Positions 7,778 to 17,979 of a DNA stretch of 64,000 nucleotides are shown here, piece after piece. The notes under the pieces are model-generated. The model was not told where the DNA came from, made no database searches, and worked only from the letters and a program-made list of their open reading frames with translations. Source of the stretch: a virus. Taxonomy: Duplodnaviria > Heunggongvirae > Uroviricota > Caudoviricetes. The position numbers and the translations under genes are program-made. Each line of letters begins with the position of its first letter. Positions within the stretch are counted from its first letter, which is position 1. The DNA lies in IMG/VR virus record IMGVR_UViG_3300012347_000377, positions 64,001 to 128,000 of that record. One strand, 5' to 3'.

Positions 7778-9073
7778 ATGAGTCAAAGAATACAATCTTC
7801 ATTATCTAGTGCAAACTCCAATAAACAAACACCAACCACCTCCATACAGACAGGTATAGTTGTTGATGTTATTTTGGATGATACACATCCACGTGTCATA
7901 AAAAAAGCAGATACTGAAACTCGTTTTACCGAAAAGAATATGAATTCGTTGGGTGGTGTAGTAGTTAGACCATATTCAGATAGCACAACTCCAGACGAAA
8001 AATTACAGATATATAAACCAATTGAACCAACCAATTTAGAATTACCGGTCATTGGTGAAGTGGTTGAATTAATAAAAGTAGGTAGTTCGGAATACTATAA
8101 AAGAATACCTGGCCAGTTTTTAAATAAAGCATCTGCAGTAGAAGGTAGAGCAACGGCTGTATATCCTGATAAAGAAAAACCAACAAACACTGCAAGTGAT
8201 TATTCTAAAACTGCAGAAACCGGAACATCCACAACTACAAGTGGAACATCAAGTCCTGAATTAAAAAAATTAGGAAAATATTTTAAACACACCCCTATCA
8301 ATAATTTAAAATTATATGAGGGTGATAAATTAATACAATCTCGTTTCGGCCAATCAATTCGCTTCAGTGCATATAACAATGTAAATAATTCGTTTTCACC
8401 AACTATACTAATTCGTAATAGACAAAATACGGAATCGCTTGGTAAGTTAAAAGAAGGTGATATAACTGAAGAAGATGTTAATAAAGATGGAACAACTATC
8501 GCTATTACATCCAACGATTATAAATTAAATTTCCAACCGGGAATTGTAGATGATGGTGGTTCTTCGGATTTCAAAGCAAAACCAGATAATTTTAAAAAAT
8601 ATCCATCCGAATTAAAAGGTATGGATCAAGTATTGGTGAATTCGGACAGAATTATTATTTCATCAAAACGTGCAGAAATGATATTTTATTCTAAGGGAAA
8701 CTATGGATTTATATCAGATGGAAATTTTTCAATTGATAATTTAAACGGAGGTGCAGATTTAGATTTTGGTAATGATGTAAATATCACAACTAAACGAAAT
8801 AATCGAAATTTAAGAATTGATACCGGTGATGGTAAAGTATTTTTAAATACAGATACATCGGGTAAATCACCCAATACATCTAAATCTACCGAACCATTGG
8901 TTAGGGGTAATACCTTAAAAGAAATATTAGAAACTTTAATTGATTTGATTAAAGTTCAAGTTTATAAAACACCTGCAGGACCAACTGCAATTGGGCCAGA
9001 AAACAAACCTGATTTTGATGAATTAAAATCAAAATTAACTGAAATGTTGTCAACAAAAAACTTTACAGAATAA
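7778..9073 (+). CDS. baseplate central spike / hub, gp5/gpV-like (no lysozyme domain)
   Basis: N-terminal OB-like GIVVDVILD...LPVIGEVV, YEGDKLIQSRFGQSIRF, beta-rich body, C-terminal PLVRGNTL...TPAGPT; position upstream of gp25/gp6. Confidence 0.6.
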   Translation: MSQRIQSSLSSANSNKQTPTTSIQTGIVVDVILDDTHPRVIKKADTETRFTEKNMNSLGGVVVRPYSDSTTPDEKLQIYKPIEPTNLELPVIGEVVELIKVGSSEYYKRIPGQFLNKASAVEGRATAVYPDKEKPTNTASDYSKTAETGTSTTTSGTSSPELKKLGKYFKHTPINNLKLYEGDKLIQSRFGQSIRFSAYNNVNNSFSPTILIRNRQNTESLGKLKEGDITEEDVNKDGTTIAITSNDYKLNFQPGIVDDGGSSDFKAKPDNFKKYPSELKGMDQVLVNSDRIIISSKRAEMIFYSKGNYGFISDGNFSIDNLNGGADLDFGNDVNITTKRNNRNLRIDTGDGKVFLNTDTSGKSPNTSKSTEPLVRGNTLKEILETLIDLIKVQVYKTPAGPTAIGPENKPDFDELKSKLTEMLSTKNFTE

Positions 9074-10242
9074 TGTCATTAGATATTTTTAAGCAAAATA
9101 TGCTATCGTATATGCAAAACCAAAATGGAATTGGTTCGTATAGTGATTTTGCAAAAAAATTAACTCAAGAATATGATGCTGCGTGTAAACGTGGATTCGA
9201 AAGTGTAAATTCAATTAAAATTCAAAAGGGTAATACTGAATTAATGGAATCCATTATAACATCAGTATTAGCAAATGCATTACAACAAGGAAGTGGAGAA
9301 CATCCAATAATAACAAATTTAGGACAAGGATTTGTAGGATATTGGACAGGTGCACAGATGAGTTTATCACCACCACCAATCATACCATCTCCTGGCTCTG
9401 TTTCAAATATTGCACAAACATCAAATGCAATTGTAAATCCAGGTGTGTGGCAACCAACCGATACTTTATCATTAGAACCACCAATTGAAGAACCACCTAA
9501 AAAATCGGTTGAACAATTGTTAGAAGAAATACCAGATGATAATAATACGATTGAAGGTGCAACCGAAGTAGTTGAAGAAACGGGTGTGGATATATTGGAT
9601 GATGATGGTGAAGACCCAGGTCCACAAGTTCAACAGATAAAAGATAAACTTTCGGAAGGATATGATCCAGATGAGGATAATCCCGTTACATATGATGATA
9701 GTGGAGAACCGATTTCATCCGAAGAGGTAGATGAATCACCTGCAAGAATAAAAGGTAAATCCGTTAAATGTGGAGTAGGATTTGATTATACTGCTAAATT
9801 ATCAACACATTATCAATTGAGAAATTTATCATTAGATGTAACGTTTCCACATAAAATAAAAGCACAAGCTGGATTATCAACTGATGAAATCATTTGTAAT
9901 TTAAAAGCAGTTGCTGAAAATATATTAGAACCTCTTCGAGCACAATATCCAAGAATAAAAATTAATTCTGCATTTAGAGGAACTGCATCTTTGGGTGGTG
10001 GAAAAGTTTCTCAACATCAAAAAGGAGAGGCAGTGGATATTCAAATTCCAGGATTACAACCAAAGGATTATTTACCAGTTGCAAAATGGATAATTAAAAA
10101 TTTACCATTTGATCAATTAATTTTTGAACATGGTAAATCTATATGGTTGCACATATCACATAAAAGAAATGGTGCACAGAGATATCAGCAATTAACAATG
10201 TATAAGGGAAAATACAAACCCGGTCTTAAATTATATTATTAA
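9073..10242 (+). CDS. structural N-domain + acidic linker + peptidase M15A (Zn)
   Basis: INSAFR, SQHQKGEAVDI, DQLIFEH, WLHIS. Confidence 0.8.
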   Translation: MSLDIFKQNMLSYMQNQNGIGSYSDFAKKLTQEYDAACKRGFESVNSIKIQKGNTELMESIITSVLANALQQGSGEHPIITNLGQGFVGYWTGAQMSLSPPPIIPSPGSVSNIAQTSNAIVNPGVWQPTDTLSLEPPIEEPPKKSVEQLLEEIPDDNNTIEGATEVVEETGVDILDDDGEDPGPQVQQIKDKLSEGYDPDEDNPVTYDDSGEPISSEEVDESPARIKGKSVKCGVGFDYTAKLSTHYQLRNLSLDVTFPHKIKAQAGLSTDEIICNLKAVAENILEPLRAQYPRIKINSAFRGTASLGGGKVSQHQKGEAVDIQIPGLQPKDYLPVAKWIIKNLPFDQLIFEHGKSIWLHISHKRNGAQRYQQLTMYKGKYKPGLKLYY

Positions 10243-10244
10243 TT

Positions 10245-11207
10245 ATGGCAAAACCAACTGATAATTCGGAAGTATTTTTAGATCAATTGATTGCATCAAT
10301 TCAAACTCACTTGCCTACAATTGAGGGAATATATATGACAACTTCATTATACCCACCTGCTATGACACCTGGTCCTGGTATTGTAAAGTGGATTGGTTAT
10401 ACCATAGAACCTGCTAGTCCTAGTCAAAGTGGTGGGGATGAATCTGAAACACCTCAAACAGATGAAGAAATGGTTGCGGAAGAACAAGCAGTAGAAGAAG
10501 CATCAACTTTATCACCCGAACAAGAAGAACAAGCAAATATGGCAACCGATGCGGGATTAGGTATATCAGAATCAACATCTGCAGGATTATCATATGATCC
10601 AGATGCACCAATGGTATTTCCTTCAAGTAATGAAGATGATTCGGATGAATCCAATTCATCTGCAAATGAGGGAGAATCTATTAGTGGTTGTAGTGGTTCT
10701 ATAATAACACCATCAACTACTATCATAAACGCAATGAGAAAATGGGGAATTACTACTCCATTAGCAAGAGCACATTTCTTAGCACAATGTGCACATGAAA
10801 GTGGTAATTTTAAATATAAGAAAGAAATTTGGGGTCCATCTGGTGCACAACAACGTTATGAAGGTAGACGTGATTTGGGTAATGTAGTTGATGGTGATGG
10901 AAAGCGATTTATGGGTAGAGGATATATCCAAGTTACAGGTAGAGCAAATTATACTCAATTCAATAAAGGAGTTTCCGAAGATGTTGTATCAAACCCAATG
11001 TTGGTTGAATCAAAATATGTAGCAGAAACAGCAGCATGGTTTTGGAAGACTCGTAAATTAAATAATTTAGCAATCGATGATACTACTGCATCGGTAAAAC
11101 GAATCACCAGAGTAATAAATGGTGGCTATAATGGATTAGATGATAGAATTAAGAAATTCTGTGGATATTGGAAAAAGATAAAAGAAAATCCAAATCTGTG
11201 GGCATAA
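10245..11207 (+). CDS. structural N-domain + acidic linker + glycoside hydrolase family 19 lysin
   Basis: HFLAQCAHESG, RDLGN, GRGYIQVTGRANY, AAWFW, INGGYNGLDDR. Confidence 0.88.
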   Translation: MAKPTDNSEVFLDQLIASIQTHLPTIEGIYMTTSLYPPAMTPGPGIVKWIGYTIEPASPSQSGGDESETPQTDEEMVAEEQAVEEASTLSPEQEEQANMATDAGLGISESTSAGLSYDPDAPMVFPSSNEDDSDESNSSANEGESISGCSGSIITPSTTIINAMRKWGITTPLARAHFLAQCAHESGNFKYKKEIWGPSGAQQRYEGRRDLGNVVDGDGKRFMGRGYIQVTGRANYTQFNKGVSEDVVSNPMLVESKYVAETAAWFWKTRKLNNLAIDDTTASVKRITRVINGGYNGLDDRIKKFCGYWKKIKENPNLWA

Positions 11208-11229
11208 CTATACAAAATCCTCAAAAGAT

Positions 11230-11238
11230 ATATTTATA
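11230..11238 (+). promoter_or_regulatory. putative late promoter ATATTTATA
   Basis: 23 nt before ATG 11262. Confidence 0.65.
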
Positions 11239-11261
11239 GTAGTAAAATAATATTATTTAAA

Positions 11262-11882
11262 ATGGATAGTAAAAAATTAGCACAATTAATCAAATTAGTT
11301 GTAGAATCTGAAATTAAGAAACAGCTTCCTAAATTAGTGAAGGAAGAAGTTAATAAAAGAATGAAGGTTTTACAAGAAACAAAATCATCTTCAGTAGTAG
11401 AAGAAGTTGAACAGGACCCGTTTGCGTTAGCAGAAGCAATGTTGATGAGAGAAAGACAGACACAACCTAAAGAAGTAGTTCAATCACCTCAAAAACATTT
11501 TACAAAAAATTCTGCAATAAATGAGATTTTAAATCAAACACAACCATTCACTTCAGCACAAAGAGCATCAGGCCCTTCGGTTGGTGCATCGGTTTTGGAT
11601 AAATTCCAAAGTGCAGAACCTATACAAGAATCATATGTAAATTCTCACATCCCAAATTATATGGATGCTGAACCAGATATTGAAGGAACATTGAATATGG
11701 GTTCTTCATTAGGAGCAGGTGGAATGGAAGCAATGAGAGCACAAATGGCAGCTAAAATGGGTTATGGTGATATGGGTGGTTCTGCTAAAAGTGGAGGATT
11801 GGGTGTCACAACTGGTCTTGCAGGTTTAGATAGAATTCTTAATAGAGATAATTCAGAATTAGTTAAGAAATTTAAAAGATAA
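11262..11882 (+). CDS. hypothetical virion-associated protein
   Basis: Glu-rich helical N-terminus with L/I-x-E sites, Gly/Met-rich C-terminus; in structural operon. Confidence 0.65.
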   Translation: MDSKKLAQLIKLVVESEIKKQLPKLVKEEVNKRMKVLQETKSSSVVEEVEQDPFALAEAMLMRERQTQPKEVVQSPQKHFTKNSAINEILNQTQPFTSAQRASGPSVGASVLDKFQSAEPIQESYVNSHIPNYMDAEPDIEGTLNMGSSLGAGGMEAMRAQMAAKMGYGDMGGSAKSGGLGVTTGLAGLDRILNRDNSELVKKFKR

Positions 11883-12013
11883 TGTATATACCTGGTGAAG
11901 TCATATTTGTATTAATTATAACTTGTGTATGGAGTGGATATTCTATACCTAATAAAATACAAAGATGGAAATCAGGTAAAGGTTGTGATAAATGCAAATG
12001 TGGAGGTAAATAA
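11882..12013 (+). CDS. 43-aa single-TM protein with Cys-rich tail (not in ORF track)
   Basis: TAATG overlap with upstream stop; MYIPGEVIFVLIITCVWSGYSIPNKIQRWKSGKGCDKCKCGGK; fills the gap to gp25. Confidence 0.6.
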   Translation: MYIPGEVIFVLIITCVWSGYSIPNKIQRWKSGKGCDKCKCGGK

Positions 12014-12015
12014 TT

Positions 12016-12447
12016 ATGGCTTATGTATTAGATAAAAAAGTAGTAAAGGATACGAAAGAATTTAACGATTTCGCATACGGAATTACTTTGCCAGTTCAGA
12101 AAGGTAATACTGGTTACTTTTCACAAGCGTTTTCTTCGTTTGAACAGGCAAAATCTAATTTAAGAAATTTATTGATGACAAAAAAAGGTGAAAGAATCAT
12201 GCAACCAAACTTTGGGACGGGATTGCACTCACTTTTATTCGAACCAATGGATTCATCATTTGAAACCAAATTACAAGAAACAATAACTAGCAATGTAAAC
12301 TATTGGCTACCATATATTAATATAGAAGAAATTGATATTGAAATGACAGATGCGATGAAAGACCGAAACACTGCACATATGACAATACAATTTACGGTCG
12401 GTAATCAAATAGAAACACAACAAATAACATTTACGGTACAAGGATAA
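12016..12447 (+). CDS. baseplate wedge subunit, gp25-like
   Basis: NLRNLLMTKKGERIMQPNFGTGLHSLLFEP. Confidence 0.9.
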   Translation: MAYVLDKKVVKDTKEFNDFAYGITLPVQKGNTGYFSQAFSSFEQAKSNLRNLLMTKKGERIMQPNFGTGLHSLLFEPMDSSFETKLQETITSNVNYWLPYINIEEIDIEMTDAMKDRNTAHMTIQFTVGNQIETQQITFTVQG

Positions 12448-12451
12448 TACA

Positions 12452-14464
12452 ATGGCACTGAATTCAATTACAAAGAAATCAAATCAAGGAAGAGATATAA
12501 AGTATCTTAATAAAGATTTTTCTAAATTTAGAGAAAACTTAATTGAATATGCCAAAACATATTTTCCAAAAACATATTCAGATTTTAACGAATCATCTCC
12601 TGGTATGATGTTTATAGAAATGGCATCATATGTTGGTGACGTTCTTTCATACTATACAGATGATACATTAAAAGAATCCTTAATGTTATATGCAGAAGAT
12701 AAAGAGAACGTTCTTGCTCTTGCACAATATTTAGGATACAAACCAAAAATAACATCACCTGCAATAACAACATTATCGGTGTATCAATTAGTTCCTGCAA
12801 TTGGAAGTGGTGATACAAACAGACCAGATAATGATTATTATTTAAGAATAAAAGAAGGGATGATTGTTTCTGGTAGAGATGATATTAAATTTAGAACAAC
12901 TGAAATGGTTGATTTTAATGATGATACTACTCGTGAAATCACCATATACACAAAGGATGAGAACACCGGTGAACCTTCATTATATTTAGTAAAGAAACAA
13001 GTAAATGCTATTTCTGCTACGTTAAGAACTCAATCAGTTGATTTTGGTGCATCTCAGCAATTTTCAAAAATTGATATTGCAGATACAGATGTTATTCAAA
13101 TTTACGATGTTAAAGATTCAAATGGTAATAAGTGGTATGAAGTTCCATATCTTGCACAAGAAATGGTTTTTGTAGATTATCCAATATCGGAACAAACTGA
13201 TAAAGATTTAGTTGAATTTAAAGATTCAGTATCAAGTGTTTTAAAACTAACAAAAACATCACGTAGATTCGTTACGAAAATAAATTCAGATAATACTACA
13301 ACAATTGTTTTTGGTGGAGGTAATTCTACATCATCGGATGAAACTCTTATACCAAATTTTAAAAATGTTGGATTGGGTTTAAAATCATCAATTGATAAAT
13401 TGGGTGCATCATTTGACCCTGCAAATTTTCTAAAAACAACAACATACGGTCAGGCACCATCAAACACTACTATTACATTTTCATATTTAGTTGGTGGTGG
13501 TATAAATTCAAACGTTCCTGCAGGAGATTTAACTACAATCGATAGAGTAGAATTTGATGATGATATAACCGCATTTAATACAAATGATTTAAGATTATAT
13601 AAACAAGCTAAAGCATCAGTTGCAGTATCAAATGAAATTCCGGCAACAGGTGGTAGAGGTGAAGAAACGATTGAAGAAATTAGAGAAAACGCATTGGCAA
13701 ACTTTGGTTCTCAAAATCGTGCAGTAACTCGTAAAGATTATCAAGTAAGAGCATTATCACTACCTGCAAAGTATGGTGGTATTGCAAAAGCATATTGTGC
13801 ACCGGATGGGGAGTTGGATAATAATTCACCATCTTCAATCCTTTCAAACCCAGATACACTTTCTGAATTTACACAATTGGTTCAATCAATGCAAGGTAAA
13901 TCTGAAATGGAAATTAAGGATAGTATAAATAAATTCTTAATTGGTAAGAAAAACAATTTGAATGAAAAGAATAATCCGTTTGCAATTAATTTGTATGTAT
14001 TGGGTTATGATTCAAATAAAAATGTTATACCACTTAATAAGGCAGTTAAACAAAACTTAAAAACTTATTTAAGTGAATATCGTTTATTAACTGATGGTGT
14101 AAATTTATTAGATGGATTTGTAATAAACATCGGAGTAGATTTTGAAATCAGAGTTTATGGTGGATATAACAAAAGAGAAGTTTTAACGAAATGTATTACC
14201 GAACTTCAAAATTATTTTAATATAGATAATTGGACATTTAATATGCCAATCAATATTTCTGAAATTGAATTATTAATTGCAGGTATTGAAGGAGTTCAAT
14301 CAGTTCCAAAATGTGATATTGTAAATAAATGTTTGGGTAATTATTCAAAGAACTCATATAATATATCATCAGCAACAAAGGGTAAAATGGTATATCCATC
14401 GGTTGACCCATCGGTTTTTGAAGTTAAATATCCAAATAAAGATATTAAAGGGAGAGTAGTATAA
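12452..14464 (+). CDS. baseplate wedge subunit, gp6/J-like
   Basis: YLNKDF...YSDFNESSPGMMFIEMASYVGDVLSYY, GGRGEETIEEIR, QNRAVTRKDY. Confidence 0.9.
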   Translation: MALNSITKKSNQGRDIKYLNKDFSKFRENLIEYAKTYFPKTYSDFNESSPGMMFIEMASYVGDVLSYYTDDTLKESLMLYAEDKENVLALAQYLGYKPKITSPAITTLSVYQLVPAIGSGDTNRPDNDYYLRIKEGMIVSGRDDIKFRTTEMVDFNDDTTREITIYTKDENTGEPSLYLVKKQVNAISATLRTQSVDFGASQQFSKIDIADTDVIQIYDVKDSNGNKWYEVPYLAQEMVFVDYPISEQTDKDLVEFKDSVSSVLKLTKTSRRFVTKINSDNTTTIVFGGGNSTSSDETLIPNFKNVGLGLKSSIDKLGASFDPANFLKTTTYGQAPSNTTITFSYLVGGGINSNVPAGDLTTIDRVEFDDDITAFNTNDLRLYKQAKASVAVSNEIPATGGRGEETIEEIRENALANFGSQNRAVTRKDYQVRALSLPAKYGGIAKAYCAPDGELDNNSPSSILSNPDTLSEFTQLVQSMQGKSEMEIKDSINKFLIGKKNNLNEKNNPFAINLYVLGYDSNKNVIPLNKAVKQNLKTYLSEYRLLTDGVNLLDGFVINIGVDFEIRVYGGYNKREVLTKCITELQNYFNIDNWTFNMPINISEIELLIAGIEGVQSVPKCDIVNKCLGNYSKNSYNISSATKGKMVYPSVDPSVFEVKYPNKDIKGRVV

Positions 14465-15525
14465 TGATATATTTTTTAACAGCATCAAAAGATGCATCGA
14501 TTTATTTACAACAACCTAATCAAAATACTGGGTTGGATGAGATATTAGAAGTTTCTAAAACTTATTATGGAAACTTAAAAGATATATCACATTCTTTGAT
14601 TAAATTTGATACAACTCAATTATCCGCATCATTATATTCGGGTGAGATTACAATGAGTTCTGCTGAATTAATTTTAAGAGAGTGTGAAGCAAACGAAATT
14701 CCATTATCATATACATTATATGCATATCCTGTTTCACAAAGTTGGGAAATGGGAATTGGTACTAGATTTGATGAAATAACTACGGATGGTGTAACATGGA
14801 ATTCATTATCCACATCAACTGCATGGTTACGTTCAGATTCATTATCGCCGGAATCTACTGGTTCATATAACGGAAAGGGTGGAACTTGGTATACGAGTTC
14901 TGTTGCAACTCAAGCATACGAATATCAGAGTTGTGATGTTGAAATGGATATTATCGATATGATGAATTCGTGGATAAGTGGTGATATTCCAAATGATGGA
15001 TTGATATTAAAACATGATTCTGTATTAGAAAATGATACAAACGATTATGGACAATTAAAATTTTTCTCAAAGGAAACAAACACAATATATCAACCAAAAG
15101 TTAGAATTGGATGGGATGATTCCACCTTTACTACTGGTTCATTACCAGAATTAACTGCTGATGATATATATGTCACATTTAAGAGACTAAAAACTAAATA
15201 TAAGGTTGGTAGTTCACCTGAGATTAAAGTGTTCGGTAGAGAGAAATACCCACTTAAACACTATGGTAATCAATTTGCATATAATGACGTAACTTATTTA
15301 CCTGCAACTACTTACTATCAAATAAAGGATGTTATTACGGAGGAGGTTATTATTCCATTCAGCGATTACACAAAAGTAAGTTGTGATGGTAATGGTAATT
15401 TCTTCAAATTAAATCTTACCAATTGGGAAACTAATAGAGAATACTACATTGAAATAAAAGTAGAACGAAATGGTGTTATTGAATATTTTTCCGATAAAGA
15501 TTTAACATTTACAATAGAAAAATAA
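14464..15525 (+). CDS. structural protein, DNRLRE-like beta-sandwich + Ig-like C-domain
   Basis: KDASIY...NTG, SLIKFD, SAELIL, YPVSQSWEMG, TWN pattern; baseplate context. Confidence 0.5.
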   Translation: MIYFLTASKDASIYLQQPNQNTGLDEILEVSKTYYGNLKDISHSLIKFDTTQLSASLYSGEITMSSAELILRECEANEIPLSYTLYAYPVSQSWEMGIGTRFDEITTDGVTWNSLSTSTAWLRSDSLSPESTGSYNGKGGTWYTSSVATQAYEYQSCDVEMDIIDMMNSWISGDIPNDGLILKHDSVLENDTNDYGQLKFFSKETNTIYQPKVRIGWDDSTFTTGSLPELTADDIYVTFKRLKTKYKVGSSPEIKVFGREKYPLKHYGNQFAYNDVTYLPATTYYQIKDVITEEVIIPFSDYTKVSCDGNGNFFKLNLTNWETNREYYIEIKVERNGVIEYFSDKDLTFTIEK

Positions 15526-15526
15526 T

Positions 15527-16621
15527 ATGGCATTAGATAACGAGTTTATATTAAGTGAACTAATGAATAGTGGTTCTTCCGCATTAAATCAAACATTTGA
15601 TGGCGGTGGAAATTTAGTTGTCAATACTGCACTAAATACGGATGGTGAATCATTTGGATATGTTGAACGTCCTATTTACAACGAACAACAATTAGTAAAA
15701 GCAGTTGATACGATTGTAGATGAGTTAATTGGAAATCAAACACCCGAAGGACCTGCTACGGTTTTAAAAACGGTATTTGATGATTTATTCTTAAAATACC
15801 AAAGTGCATTAAATCAAATAAAAGATTTAACAAAACAATTAAATTTAGCATTACAACAAATCGAAAGATTAAAAATCGAAATTGATGATTTGAATGTTAA
15901 ATTAGATTTAGAAAAATTATTAAGAGCAAGTGCGGAAACGGAAAGAGATACTGCAAATACCAAATATGCAGCAACAATTTTGGATTATCAATCTGCATTA
16001 TCTAAAGGTGTTAAAGAAGGTATTGAACGAGTTTCAACTGAAGCACAACTACAAGGTTTGTTAGCAGAAAAATCATCGTTCATTGAATTTACAAAACAAG
16101 CACAAGCACAATTGACTGATGCTAATAATCAAATTATAGATTTGAATAAACAATTAAATGATGCATTTATCCAATTAGCAAAAGCACAAGGTGAAGCAAT
16201 TTCACAAGCAAACTTAGCAGCAGCAAGTGCAGCAGCCGCAGGTGCAGCCGCTCCGGCACCTAAGAAGGGAACTATAATTTGCACAGAGATGTATAATCAA
16301 GGATTGATGCCAGAAAATATATTCTTAGCAGATAGAAGATTTGGTTACCATATGTATAAAAACAATAAAAATATATTACAAGGATATTGGCAGTGGGCAT
16401 CACCGGTGGTTGAGTGGATGAAAAAAAATCCAACAGGAACAAAAATATTCTATTATACTTTTATCAAACATTGGTCAGAACATATGGCATATGAAATGGG
16501 TGTGTTGAAAACTGACAATTTATATGGAAATCTTATACATAAAGTAGGAGTATCATTCAGTAAAATGATTTATTACATAAATAAATCAACCGTTAATAAA
16601 GTAGGTGCAGTATGGCAATAA
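15527..16621 (+). CDS. coiled-coil structural protein with C-terminal IICT domain
   Basis: Long heptad region, Ala/Pro linker, GTIICTEMYNQG...GYWQWASPVV. Confidence 0.6.
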   Translation: MALDNEFILSELMNSGSSALNQTFDGGGNLVVNTALNTDGESFGYVERPIYNEQQLVKAVDTIVDELIGNQTPEGPATVLKTVFDDLFLKYQSALNQIKDLTKQLNLALQQIERLKIEIDDLNVKLDLEKLLRASAETERDTANTKYAATILDYQSALSKGVKEGIERVSTEAQLQGLLAEKSSFIEFTKQAQAQLTDANNQIIDLNKQLNDAFIQLAKAQGEAISQANLAAASAAAAGAAAPAPKKGTIICTEMYNQGLMPENIFLADRRFGYHMYKNNKNILQGYWQWASPVVEWMKKNPTGTKIFYYTFIKHWSEHMAYEMGVLKTDNLYGNLIHKVGVSFSKMIYYINKSTVNKVGAVWQ

Positions 16622-17967
16622 AAGGATTCAAAGAGGTAATTGAAAAAAAGGGATATAAGGTAGACCCAAAGGATAGAGCTATTTTCGAACGTGAAGTTGG
16701 TAAGGCTTATTTTGGTATGGGTTCTGCTGATTTGATTGAATTCATAATCTACGATATTAATGATAATCAATTACCACAAGGTGATAGTGGATTAATGGTA
16801 AAATACATTCCATTGAATAGTGAAAATATTCGTAAATACTTTTTAATTACGAATACTAAATCTAGACAAAGAATGAATGGTGCAGATGAGTATATTATTG
16901 ATATTGAAAAATTAGTAACCGAAGCAGGATACTCAAATGGTATTTTTAAAACTCAAATTAATTTATTAAACAGACGAGTTGGTTCTGAAGTTATTGATAA
17001 AGATAAACTTTGGATACATGAAATTTCACCATCTCGTACTGAAATTCGTGTCTTACCATTGGAAGATAATAACGAAGAAGTTTTAGAAGATTTACAACTT
17101 AGATTAGATGTTCTTTTAAAAGAAGGACAATTCAGAGATGATACGATTTATTTTGTAAAACCGATGATTGAAGCAATTAAAATCGAAGATGTATTAAAAA
17201 ACTTTTTAATATTGAATGGAACGGTTGCAAGTGGTGATAATTACGTTAAGTTAATTCAGAAAGAATTTAAGATACAAGATTTTGAATTGTTTATGAATCA
17301 AATTAGAGAAACTCTAATTGAAGCAACACAATACTATATTGAAAACCGAAATTGCGATATATCATCATTAGATTATGGTAAACCACTTTCCACTTCAATT
17401 CCAATAGAACTTTCAGTTGAAAAAATTAAAGAAACAATTGGTTCAATATTAATAAAAATAATTGATAAATTTTTACCTCAACGAAATATACAAGAGGAAA
17501 ATATTTTAACTAAAGAAGAACAAGAAACATTAGATAAAACTACCCAAATTTTGAAAACAATTCAATCGGGTAATAAATATCAAAGTAATGTGTTAGATAA
17601 TCGTCAATCAGTTGTTAGAGGTTGTATGAATCCAAATGCATTGAATTACAATCCACTTGCAAAAGAGGATGATGGTAGTTGTATTTTTACAGCACCAGCA
17701 CCTGCAGAAGATAAACCAATTCAACCAATTAAGGAAAATCCTAAAACTATAATAGTGACTCAGCCGGAAATCACACCTCCACCTACAATTAAATATGATA
17801 TAGGTGGTTACCCATATTATGATGTTCCGTCAACTCCCGTAGTTCCAACACCAATAATTCCTGCAGTTGTTCCAGAACCACCTACACCTAAAACAGGTGG
17901 TGCAGGTGACCCGTATATACCATCATATTCAGGTAATATAAATAACAACACAGAATATCTACGTTAA
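16612..17967 (+). CDS. hypothetical structural protein with Pro-rich tail
   Basis: 451-aa ORF in baseplate operon; single GCMNPNALNYNP...DDGSC motif. Confidence 0.6.
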   Translation: MAIKGFKEVIEKKGYKVDPKDRAIFEREVGKAYFGMGSADLIEFIIYDINDNQLPQGDSGLMVKYIPLNSENIRKYFLITNTKSRQRMNGADEYIIDIEKLVTEAGYSNGIFKTQINLLNRRVGSEVIDKDKLWIHEISPSRTEIRVLPLEDNNEEVLEDLQLRLDVLLKEGQFRDDTIYFVKPMIEAIKIEDVLKNFLILNGTVASGDNYVKLIQKEFKIQDFELFMNQIRETLIEATQYYIENRNCDISSLDYGKPLSTSIPIELSVEKIKETIGSILIKIIDKFLPQRNIQEENILTKEEQETLDKTTQILKTIQSGNKYQSNVLDNRQSVVRGCMNPNALNYNPLAKEDDGSCIFTAPAPAEDKPIQPIKENPKTIIVTQPEITPPPTIKYDIGGYPYYDVPSTPVVPTPIIPAVVPEPPTPKTGGAGDPYIPSYSGNINNNTEYLR

Positions 17968-17979
17968 TAATATTGCTAT

